From Acidobacteriota bacterium (GTDB lineage Bacteria > Acidobacteriota > Blastocatellia > RBC074), in assembly GCA_016789645.1 (NCBI GenBank), contig JAEUQP010000041.1, positions 1,570-65,569 of the forward strand: a DNA stretch of 64,000 bases. The letters are read 5' to 3'. Shown one piece after another: positions 49,177 through 57,671 of this stretch. The translations under genes and the position numbers were made by a program. Below the pieces are notes generated by a model. That model worked only from the letters and a program-made list of their open reading frames with translations. It did not search any database and was not told where the DNA came from. Positions within the stretch are counted from its first letter, which is position 1. Each line of letters begins with the position of its first letter.

Positions 49177-50218
49177 CGTGTTGACCATCGCAGCCGTTGT
49201 GATGGTGTTGTGGTTGGCAACGACGGCGCACGCGCAAACGTGCAGCAGCATTTTGAAAAAATCTGCTTCAATTGGCGGATGCGACAACGTGTATTTTGCC
49301 TGGATTTACACCGGACAAAGCCCGGTTGTTTCGCAGCGTTTGACCTATGGCGATGGATTCAGCCCGCCGATTGATAAAACGGTGCGTCATTATTCGCGGA
49401 TGGGCGTCGGTTGCGGTTACAGCGTAAGCGTGACAGTCACGCAAACTTACGCCAACGGTCAAACGTGCTTTGTAACCGAAGGCGACAATCACAACCGGCC
49501 ATGTAGTCAGTGCGGAGCCAATGGGGGTGGCAATCAGACAACTATCGTGTCTGCGGCCAACTTTCGCCCGTTTGTCGCCCGCAATTCCGTTGCCAGCATC
49601 TTCCCTGATCCCGGCACAAGCTTCACGGATCGAAGCGAAACCGCGTTCTCTCTGCCTCTGCCAACCACGCTCGCGGGCGTTACGGTCGAGATTGACGGCC
49701 AACTGTGTCCGCTCTTTGCGGTCACGCCGGGGCAAATCAATTTTCTTCTGCCCGAATGGTTGGCAGAAGGCCCCACCGAAGTAATGGCGACGATCCGCAC
49801 CACGCGCGGCAGTGTGGGGCAGTTTTTCGGACGGCCTCAGTTGAATCCCAATGCGCCGGGAGTGTTCACGCTGAGTTCGACAGGGACAGGTCCGGCGGCG
49901 AGTAATTGGCTGGTCGTCAAGCCAAGCGGCCAACAGGTGTATTACGCGCCAGGGACACTGCGGTTCGATCCTGGTGATGTGATCGTGCTGATCCTCTACG
50001 GAACCGGCATCAATGATAACCAGTGTGATTTGATCCTGAGCAATGGCCAGACACATCGCGCCAAATACTGCGGCGCGTCATGGATGCCTGGTGTCCAGCA
50101 GATGAATTTTCTGCTGGATCCTGCTCAAGTTTGGACAGGGCAAATATCAGGTTTTGTGCGCGTTCATCGTGCCGGAGTCGGCTGGTGGGATTCGCAGGGA
50201 TTTGATTTGCGGAGATAA
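49142..50218 (+). CDS. Secreted TIGR03437-like protein (prophage-borne paralog of the gene at 9127-9867)
   Basis: Signal peptide; TLAGVTVEIDGQLCPLFAVTPGQINFLLP...PNAPGVFTL...GDVIVLILYGTG pattern typical of the Solibacter C-terminal domain family. Confidence 0.55.
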   Translation: MNQQQKIQAKRSVLTIAAVVMVLWLATTAHAQTCSSILKKSASIGGCDNVYFAWIYTGQSPVVSQRLTYGDGFSPPIDKTVRHYSRMGVGCGYSVSVTVTQTYANGQTCFVTEGDNHNRPCSQCGANGGGNQTTIVSAANFRPFVARNSVASIFPDPGTSFTDRSETAFSLPLPTTLAGVTVEIDGQLCPLFAVTPGQINFLLPEWLAEGPTEVMATIRTTRGSVGQFFGRPQLNPNAPGVFTLSSTGTGPAASNWLVVKPSGQQVYYAPGTLRFDPGDVIVLILYGTGINDNQCDLILSNGQTHRAKYCGASWMPGVQQMNFLLDPAQVWTGQISGFVRVHRAGVGWWDSQGFDLRR

Positions 50219-50478
50219 CAAGCTTTGGCCGCTGCTCGCTCTTTGACTGGCTGGGGTCGAAAGAGTGATGAGTGATTGTGGTTCAACACCGCAGCGGCCA
50301 AAGGTTTCAAGAGGATTATGTTTCGAGTGCTTTTGTGTTTGCTGTTTCATCGAAGCCATTGGCAAGACAGCAGTCTGACCACAATGGAAGGTGACCTTGA
50401 ATTCGTTCGCTACTGCACGAAATGTAAAACGATTCACCTGTCTGAACGCGACTGGCTTGAACCGAAGGAAGAGACACT

Positions 50479-51027
50479 GTGAAAACAATCATCGTCTGCG
50501 CCGGGCATAGCGACCAACAAAGTGGCGCGGTATCGCCAGACGGAAAATACAAAGAAGAAGACCTTGCTCAGCGGCTCCGCAATCGGGTGGCGACGCTGTT
50601 GCGCGCGGATGGCCAGTTCCGCGTGTTGACCGATGGCGGCGACAGGGAAAACAAACCGCTCCGCGATGCGGTGCAACTTGTGAAAGCAAATCCCGGCGCA
50701 CTGGCGATTGAGATCCATTTCAACGCTGCCAGCCAGCCGTCGGTGAAAGGCGTCGAAGTGCTGAGCAAGCCCCAGCATAAACTGCTCGCTCAGCAGTTGG
50801 CGTTTTCGATTGCAGAAATTACCGGCTCGCCCTTGCGAGGTGTGCTCGGTTGGAGGGCCGACAATGCCGGGCAGCACCACCGGCTGGCCTTTTGCGAAGT
50901 GGGCGGGGCGATCGTCGAGGTTGAATTCCTTTCAAACCCGGACGCGCTGACCCAGTATTTAACCCTTGAAAGCGAAGTGGCTATTTCGCTTGCAAACGCG
51001 CTGCGCGATGCAGCGAAAGGAGTGTGA
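50479..51027 (+). CDS. N-acetylmuramoyl-L-alanine amidase (Amidase_3), candidate endolysin
   Basis: IIVCAGHSD...LAIEIHFNA...AIVEVEFLSNP motifs of the Amidase_3 family. Confidence 0.7.
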   Translation: MKTIIVCAGHSDQQSGAVSPDGKYKEEDLAQRLRNRVATLLRADGQFRVLTDGGDRENKPLRDAVQLVKANPGALAIEIHFNAASQPSVKGVEVLSKPQHKLLAQQLAFSIAEITGSPLRGVLGWRADNAGQHHRLAFCEVGGAIVEVEFLSNPDALTQYLTLESEVAISLANALRDAAKGV

Positions 51028-51031
51028 TCCA

Positions 51032-51346
51032 GTGCCGAACCTTAAACCAAAGCCGAAACGCAAACCGGCGACTATTGAACAGACAATTGCTGCCTATGTC
51101 GCGGAAAATCAACGAGCAGTCATTGAAAGCGCCGCACCAATCAAAAAACAGGGAATCTCGCCGGAAAAACTTCGCGCGATCATTGGTGCAGGAGCGTTCG
51201 GCGTGATGTTCGCGGCGCAGTCGCTTTCCAGTAAAGACCCGGACAATGCCGGGATCGAAGATTATTTCGCGCGCAAATTGCAGGGCATTGCCTTCGACAT
51301 GCAGGCGTATGCGATGACCGGACAATTACCGCAAGATTTTCAATGA
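51032..51346 (+). CDS. Hypothetical small protein after the endolysin (holin/spanin candidate)
   Basis: GTG start with AAGGAG ribosome-binding site; hydrophobic stretch AIIGAGAFGVMFAAQSL. Confidence 0.3.
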   Translation: MPNLKPKPKRKPATIEQTIAAYVAENQRAVIESAAPIKKQGISPEKLRAIIGAGAFGVMFAAQSLSSKDPDNAGIEDYFARKLQGIAFDMQAYAMTGQLPQDFQ

Positions 51347-51505
51347 CATTTCGGCCTCTGACTAACCGGCAAAGGATTCGGGGTGCTTTTCCTTGCGGGT
51401 TAGCGGACACAGAGGCCGACCAGATTGGCTGCCGGCTAAACCAAAGCTTTTCGGGGCAACGAGAGCTTGTTAGAGTGGGGTTAGTCGGCGGCCAATACCT
51501 GTTTT

Positions 51506-52174
51506 ATGGCAACCCCCCATGCTAAATCCAAATCCGCCAAACCTGATGCTGCTGCCAGTCGCACGTGTGGCGCGCGACTGAAACGCAAACCCGGCGCCAA
51601 CTGCTCCAAAACGGCCGGTTGGCGAACCGATCACCCAGGCCAGGGGCGCTGTTATTTGCACGGCGGCGCGACGCCGATCAAGCACGGACGCTACTCCAGC
51701 GTGCAGCGGATAGATTTTCGCGAACGCATCGCCAAATTCGAAGCCGACCCCGACCCGCTCAATCTCGCGCCGGAAGTGGCGTTGCTGCGCGCCTTCGTCG
51801 AAGATTTCGTGGATCGCTGGGAAGCGATTTACGGCCCCACTGGCGCTTTGCTCGCCTGGCACGAATCCTTTCACACCGGCGAAGCGCCGGCAAAACCCAA
51901 GCAGTTGCCGGACTTCAGCGCTTTAACTGCCCTGGTGGATCGCGTCGGCAAAATGGTCGAGCGCATCCATAAAATGAAAAACGAAGGCGCGATCACCCTC
52001 CAGACCTTGAATCGCGTCGTCGAGCAGATGGGCGCGGATCTCGTTGCAGCAATCCATGAGACAGCAATCCCTCAAGATCAAGCTGACCGGCTTCTCGAAA
52101 ACGTCGAACGCCGGTGGCAATCCATCAAACTTGACACCCGGCCAGTTGGCGGTGCAGGGACTTCGGCGAGCTAA
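51506..52174 (+). CDS. Putative terminase small subunit (assigned by position)
   Basis: Immediately upstream of and overlapping the large terminase; N-terminal Cys/His cluster CGARLKRKPGANCSKTAGWRTDHPGQGRCYLHGG. Confidence 0.4.
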   Translation: MATPHAKSKSAKPDAAASRTCGARLKRKPGANCSKTAGWRTDHPGQGRCYLHGGATPIKHGRYSSVQRIDFRERIAKFEADPDPLNLAPEVALLRAFVEDFVDRWEAIYGPTGALLAWHESFHTGEAPAKPKQLPDFSALTALVDRVGKMVERIHKMKNEGAITLQTLNRVVEQMGADLVAAIHETAIPQDQADRLLENVERRWQSIKLDTRPVGGAGTSAS

Positions 52175-53600
52175 ACACGCCAACGTGCGCCTGGAATCTA
52201 TTTGGACGCCGCAGCCCGGCCCGCAATTGCAGGCGTATGACAGCGACGCAGACGTGATTGGGTATGGCGGAGCGGCAGGCGGAGGAAAGACCGATTTACT
52301 GATTGGGTTGGCATCTACCCGGCACCGACGAGCCATCATCTTTCGGCGTGTTTTTCCCAACGCCCGTGCCATTATCGAACGATCCCGTGAAATCTTTGGC
52401 GACGAGCCAACCTTCCGATACAACGAAACTTTGCATCTGTGGCGACTAGGCCAGGGACACATGCTGGAAATCGGCGCGATGCAATACGAAGACGATAAAA
52501 AGAATCACCAAGGCCAGGCGCGTGACTTTATTGGCTTCGATGAAGCAACCGAATTCACGGAGACTCAAGTGCGATTTGTGATGGGCTGGAATCGTTCGAC
52601 GGTGCCGGGGCAAAAGTGCCGTGTGGTGATGACGTTTAATCCACCAATGGATGAACAGGGGGATTGGGTTACTCGTTTTTTTGGGCCGTGGTTGGATTCG
52701 GTTCATCCGAACCCTGCTGCCGACGGCGAAGTGCGCTGGTTTGCCACAGTGGACGGAAAGGAAATCGAAACCGGTTCTGAGCCTTTTGAGCACAACGGAG
52801 AGACGATTACACCGAAATCGCGCACTTTTTTTCACGCAAAACTCAGCGACAACCCTATCCTGGAAGCAACTGGCTACGCCGCAACGATTGACGCGATGCC
52901 GGAGCCGTTGCGCAGCTTGCTGAAAGGGAATTTTGATGCGGCCCGAGCAGCGGATTCCCGGCAATTGATTCCGACGGATTGGATTAAGGCGGCGCAGCAA
53001 CGCTGGCGAGAGCAGATCAAACCGGAGACGCGGTGCGACGCATTAGGTGTGGACGTGGCGCGCGGTGGAGCCGACCAGACCGTCATTGCTAAGCGGTACG
53101 GCAACTGGGTTGCCAATTTGATTAAGGTGCCCGGAAAGGCCACACCGGACGGGCCATCTGTCGCCTCGCTTACGCTTCAGCATTACGAAGCCGGTGCAAA
53201 AATCTATCTTGATGCCATTGGAGTCGGGACGTCACCTCTCGACATTTTGCAGGCCAATGGTGCGCCAGTGATTCCGATCGTTAACTCCGAACGTTCGATA
53301 GCGATGGACAAGAGCCGCAAGTTGAAATTTCGCAACCTGCGCGCCGAAATTTGGTGGAAACTGCGCGAAGCTCTTGACCCGGCCAACGGTGACAATCTCG
53401 CGTTGCCGCCGGATAGGGAACTGCTTGCCGATCTAGCTGCGCCACGTTGGTCTATTACGATCAATGGCGTGCTGATCGAAAGCAAAGACGATATTAAAGA
53501 CCGGATTGGCCGGTCGCCGGATTGTGGCGATGCTGTTGCTATGGCGTGCTGGTTAGATCATCGCAATGCAGACTGGGGACAATTTGACTGGATTCGTTAA
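52044..53600 (+). CDS. terL: Terminase large subunit
   Basis: Walker A-like GYGGAAGGGKTDLL ATPase plus a C-terminal nuclease region; start uncertain (possibly GTG 52185). Confidence 0.8.
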   Translation: MQQSMRQQSLKIKLTGFSKTSNAGGNPSNLTPGQLAVQGLRRAKHANVRLESIWTPQPGPQLQAYDSDADVIGYGGAAGGGKTDLLIGLASTRHRRAIIFRRVFPNARAIIERSREIFGDEPTFRYNETLHLWRLGQGHMLEIGAMQYEDDKKNHQGQARDFIGFDEATEFTETQVRFVMGWNRSTVPGQKCRVVMTFNPPMDEQGDWVTRFFGPWLDSVHPNPAADGEVRWFATVDGKEIETGSEPFEHNGETITPKSRTFFHAKLSDNPILEATGYAATIDAMPEPLRSLLKGNFDAARAADSRQLIPTDWIKAAQQRWREQIKPETRCDALGVDVARGGADQTVIAKRYGNWVANLIKVPGKATPDGPSVASLTLQHYEAGAKIYLDAIGVGTSPLDILQANGAPVIPIVNSERSIAMDKSRKLKFRNLRAEIWWKLREALDPANGDNLALPPDRELLADLAAPRWSITINGVLIESKDDIKDRIGRSPDCGDAVAMACWLDHRNADWGQFDWIR

Positions 53601-53841
53601 ATCCTATTTCTGTAAGCCAACCGAGATCAAGTGTAACGCCGTAGTCATACCAGCCCTTACTTAACCACTTGCGGAGAATGAACCACGCTCGCTTATGGTG
53701 CAATGGAAAGTCGGGTGAATTGATGATCTCGCGGGGCGATTCGCGTCTAACGCATCCGCTCGACGTGTGATAGGTGCAACGGGCGAGCATTAACTGTAAG
53801 AACTGAATCTCATCCGATTTCATATATTTCAATTTTAGCAT
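53539..53841 (-). CDS. Reverse-oriented small ORF in the low-GC terL-portal spacer (possible moron)
   Basis: 100 aa, Trp/Lys-rich; only open frame in a ~370-bp AT-richer spacer; no homology recognisable by eye. Confidence 0.3.
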   Translation of the reverse strand: MLKLKYMKSDEIQFLQLMLARCTYHTSSGCVRRESPREIINSPDFPLHHKRAWFILRKWLSKGWYDYGVTLDLGWLTEIGFNESSQIVPSLHCDDLTSTP

Positions 53842-53972
53842 AATGGCTTGAAGGGATTCGCTGAAAATAAAATTTCACCCTCGCCGATACTCTCGGCACG
53901 GGTGAACCTCCTGAAAGGCGGTCACGAAAGAAGCGCTGAGAGCTTCTGCAATTGTGACCGCCGTTTGTTTCT

Positions 53973-55472
53973 ATGGCCGAAAATGCGCACAACCAGCCGG
54001 ATTTTGTTTGCAATGCGCGCCAGAAGATGGCGCGCCAGTGGACAATTGTCCGTGACGTTGCCGACGGAACCCTGCGATTGCGCGAAGTCGGCGCGCAATA
54101 CCTGCCTGCTGAAAAAGCGGAAAAAAGCGAAGCTTACGCCATTCGGCTCAGCCGGGCGATTTTATTCAACGCGCTGGATCGCACCCTGCACAGTCTGGTC
54201 GGCATGGTGTTTCGGAAGCCGCCGACACTCAATTCCGACGTGCCAGACGTGATGCGCGGACGCGCCGCCAGTGACGATGTCGCCGGCATGGAAGGCCTGC
54301 TGGAAGATGCCGACCTGGCCGGCAATCACTGGACAGTCGTCGCCAAAGAGCTGTTCACGGATGCAATGCGTGACGGCCATGCGTTTTTGATGGTGGACGC
54401 TCCGCCGTATCCCAAACGCGACGACGGGCAGCCGGCCACCTTGCAAGATTTGGAGCGAGAGCGATGGCGTCCGTATCTGGTGCGGTATCGCGCCGACCAG
54501 GCGATCAACTGGCGCACGGACAGCAAAGGACGATTGCTGCAAATCACGTTCGAAGAGAAAACCTGGGAAGCCGACGGCGAATTTGGCGAACAGGAAGTGT
54601 GCCGGTATCGCGTGCTTCGACCGGGGAGTTGGCAGGTCTGGCGAAAAATCAAGGATCCTAAAGGCGAAACAGAAACGCTGGTGCTGGACACGCTACCCAA
54701 CGGCCAGCCGGCGCGAGGGATCACGCCGTTGACGGAAATTCCGGTCGCGGTGGTGTACAGCCGGAGAACCGGCCCGCTGACCAGTCGTCCGCCGCTGCTC
54801 GATCTGGCGCTGGTAAACATTGCCCACTGGCAAAAGTATTCGGATTATTCCATCGGCCTGCATTTGACGATTCCGATTTTGGGATTGAAAGGCGGCAATG
54901 CGGATCAGAAAGTGCAAGCCATCGGCCATTACGTGGTGTTTCGGATTCCGCCCGATGGTGACCTGAAATATGTCGAACCCACCGGCGCAGGACTGGAGCC
55001 GCAACGCACCGACCTGATTGATTTGGAAGACAAAATGGCCGTGCTGGGCGCGGCAATGCTCAGCAAACGCACGCCGACACCCAAAACCGCGACCGAGGAA
55101 TTGCTGAGCCACGTCAAGGAAGAGTCCGATTTGGCGACTGCTGCGCGCAGCTTGCAGGACTGCCTGGAGCTGGCGCTGAGCTTTTTCGCAAAATACCTTC
55201 GGCTGTCGTCCGGCGGCTCTGTGACACTCGGCGCAACCGTCGAAGAGTTGACCTTGTCACCGGAGAAAGTGCGTGCGTTCGGGGAATTGGTAACCCTCCG
55301 CGTTGTCAGCAAGCAGACCGTGCGCGAGATTCTGGGGCAGGCCAACGAATTGCCGGACGATTTTGACGAGCAGCGCGAATTGCAGCGACTGGACCGGGAA
55401 GCTGCCGACGAAGAGGTGCGGCAACAGAATCTGGGAGCGGCGGCGCTGGCCGCCTTTGACCGCGGGCAATAA
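53973..55472 (+). CDS. Putative portal protein
   Basis: 499 aa, directly after the terminase and before the MuF gene; acidic C-terminus; assigned by position and size. Confidence 0.5.
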   Translation: MAENAHNQPDFVCNARQKMARQWTIVRDVADGTLRLREVGAQYLPAEKAEKSEAYAIRLSRAILFNALDRTLHSLVGMVFRKPPTLNSDVPDVMRGRAASDDVAGMEGLLEDADLAGNHWTVVAKELFTDAMRDGHAFLMVDAPPYPKRDDGQPATLQDLERERWRPYLVRYRADQAINWRTDSKGRLLQITFEEKTWEADGEFGEQEVCRYRVLRPGSWQVWRKIKDPKGETETLVLDTLPNGQPARGITPLTEIPVAVVYSRRTGPLTSRPPLLDLALVNIAHWQKYSDYSIGLHLTIPILGLKGGNADQKVQAIGHYVVFRIPPDGDLKYVEPTGAGLEPQRTDLIDLEDKMAVLGAAMLSKRTPTPKTATEELLSHVKEESDLATAARSLQDCLELALSFFAKYLRLSSGGSVTLGATVEELTLSPEKVRAFGELVTLRVVSKQTVREILGQANELPDDFDEQRELQRLDREAADEEVRQQNLGAAALAAFDRGQ

Positions 55473-55673
55473 TCGTGAAACGAACCCGGCGTCATCAATG
55501 TCAACGTAAGCAACAGCATTCGAGCAAGGGCGCGGCGGAGGCTCACTTGCGGTCTTTGGTGAAACGCTTCGATCTGCCTGCCGATCAGTTGAACGTCTAT
55601 TGCTGTGGCTGGTGCCGAAAGTGGCACGTCGGCCACACGCCAAAGCAATTGAAACGCAAACAATTGAAACGCA

Positions 55674-57389
55674 ATGCCGACCATTTATGACTTTGCCGAA
55701 CGATTTCGCGCTGCGTTGTTGGCGCGGGATCAATCCTCTGCCCGGCAATTGATTCAGGCCTACGGATTGGCCTTTACTCGGCTGCAAACCCAACTTTCTC
55801 AACTCACCACCCGAATCCAAAACGCACGCGCCGCCGGCGAGGAAATCACTCCGGCCTGGCTCCAGCGCGAAGAGCGATTCAAGGCCTTGATGCAGCAGGT
55901 TGGCGCGGAAATCGGCCAACTTGCAAATTTTGCAAACGATCTGATCTCTCTGGCCCAACAAGCCGAAGTCGAGCGCGCGTTGCGCGACAGCGGAACATTG
56001 CTGACTGCCGCGGCAGCAGACGCCGGCATTGTGGCCACGTTCAATCAGGTGAATCCGGGCGCGGTCGCCAGTCTGGTTGGCGCGCTGGGTGATGGGTCGC
56101 CGCTGCGGCGACTGCTCCAGCAATTGCCGGGGGATGGCCGCCGAGAGATTGAGCGTGCGCTGATTGAGGGCGTGACGCTTGGCGAAAATCCGCGCAAGGT
56201 GGCCCGCCGGATGCGTGACGCGCTCGGTGGAAACCTGACCCGCGCGCTGCGGATTGCGCGCACAGAACAGATTCGGGCGTATCGCGAAGCCAGCCGGGCG
56301 ACGTATCGGGAAAATTCCGATCTGGTGACGGGCTGGCAGTGGCTGAGCGCCCGACAAACGCGCACGTGTGCGAGCTGCTGGGCGATGGACGGGCAAATCT
56401 TCCCGGTCGAAACGCCGTTAGGGAGTCACCCGCAGTGTAGGTGTTCGATGATCCCCGTGCTGGAAAGCGCGCCACTCCGCGAAACCGGCGAACAGGCCTT
56501 TGCGCGATTGCCGGAAGCGCAGCAGCGCGAGATTTTGGGCGACGCCAAATATACAGCGTACCGAAATGGGGAAATTTCGCTGCGTTCCCTGGTCGGGTAT
56601 CGCAATGACCGGCGCTGGGGCGAAACCCGCTGGGAACGTGGCTTGAAAGACGCTCTCAGAGGGGAAATTGACGCACGATGGGGAACCGTGCCCGGCTTGG
56701 CCGAGCCGATTGCGACTGCACCGGCGGGACCGGCAGGCAAACCCATCGCTCCGGCGTTGAAACTGCCGGCGCGTGGCAACCTGGCGCGATTGGGGCGAAA
56801 CGTGCTGGGCATCATTGATCGCATTCATGGCGATGGCGATTTGCCGCTGTTGCCGGTTCGCGCAGTTTCCAACCGGCGATTTTTTGGCGCGTATTCGTTT
56901 TCCTTCAGCGGTCGCGCCGGAGAGATCATGATCAGCCGACAGGGCGATCATCCGGAACTGACACTGGCGCACGAAATCGGCCATTTCCTGGACCATCAAG
57001 GCGTACAAAAGGGAACTCACATGTCGGCTCGCTCTGACGTCTTTGCGGAGTTCCGGCAAGCAGCCGAACAGAGCCGGGCGATTCAGGAGATTCGACGGCT
57101 GGCCGCCACGCGCACGGTGTCAGTGACACTGGGCGAAGGCGATCCCATTGAATATCCGATTGACCGGGTTTATTTGAGTTATCTGCTCAAGCCGGAAGAG
57201 ATTTGGGCGCGGGCGTATGCGCAGTACATTGCCGTTCGCTCGGACGATCCGACGATGCGCGAACAATTAAATCAATTGCGACAGCGATTGGGCCAGGTGT
57301 ACTATCCGGCTCAATGGGACGATGATGAGTTCGAACCTATCGCCGAGGCGATGGATCGGCTGATGCTTCGTCTAGGATGGCGAAAATGA
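55674..57389 (+). CDS. Phage head morphogenesis protein (Mu F / SPP1 gp7 family) with C-terminal HExxH zincin-like domain
   Basis: MuF motif RIARTEQIRAYREA...TCASCWAMDGQIFPVETPLGSHPQCRCSMIP; the C-terminal ~250 aa contains TLAHEIGHFLDHQG (HExxH). Confidence 0.7.
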   Translation: MPTIYDFAERFRAALLARDQSSARQLIQAYGLAFTRLQTQLSQLTTRIQNARAAGEEITPAWLQREERFKALMQQVGAEIGQLANFANDLISLAQQAEVERALRDSGTLLTAAAADAGIVATFNQVNPGAVASLVGALGDGSPLRRLLQQLPGDGRREIERALIEGVTLGENPRKVARRMRDALGGNLTRALRIARTEQIRAYREASRATYRENSDLVTGWQWLSARQTRTCASCWAMDGQIFPVETPLGSHPQCRCSMIPVLESAPLRETGEQAFARLPEAQQREILGDAKYTAYRNGEISLRSLVGYRNDRRWGETRWERGLKDALRGEIDARWGTVPGLAEPIATAPAGPAGKPIAPALKLPARGNLARLGRNVLGIIDRIHGDGDLPLLPVRAVSNRRFFGAYSFSFSGRAGEIMISRQGDHPELTLAHEIGHFLDHQGVQKGTHMSARSDVFAEFRQAAEQSRAIQEIRRLAATRTVSVTLGEGDPIEYPIDRVYLSYLLKPEEIWARAYAQYIAVRSDDPTMREQLNQLRQRLGQVYYPAQWDDDEFEPIAEAMDRLMLRLGWRK

Positions 57390-57671
57390 TTGAAGGCAAA
57401 ACCGAACAAGAAACCGTCGAATTGACCGCGCGAGTGCTGGGCGTCAGCGAAGCCCAGGCGCGCATCATTATCGCCATCGAAACCGGCCAGATCGAAGGCG
57501 ACGAACTTCCCGCTGAAAAATAAACCTTGCCTGTTTGCTACTTTCCCGCTTGGACAACGAAAGGGTTTTTCCTTTACTGCAACTGGCCGCTGCGTCTGCA
57601 ATCAAACTCTTCTGAGTCGTGAACCCAGAGGCGGGCGCAGTGGTCAGTGTTTTTTTCTTTCCGAGGTTACG

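Noticed and set aside
55257-56396. 379-aa minus-strand ORF, and ORFs at 56418-57059 and 54929-55684
   Set aside because: Antisense to the portal and MuF genes, whose frames carry recognisable motifs.
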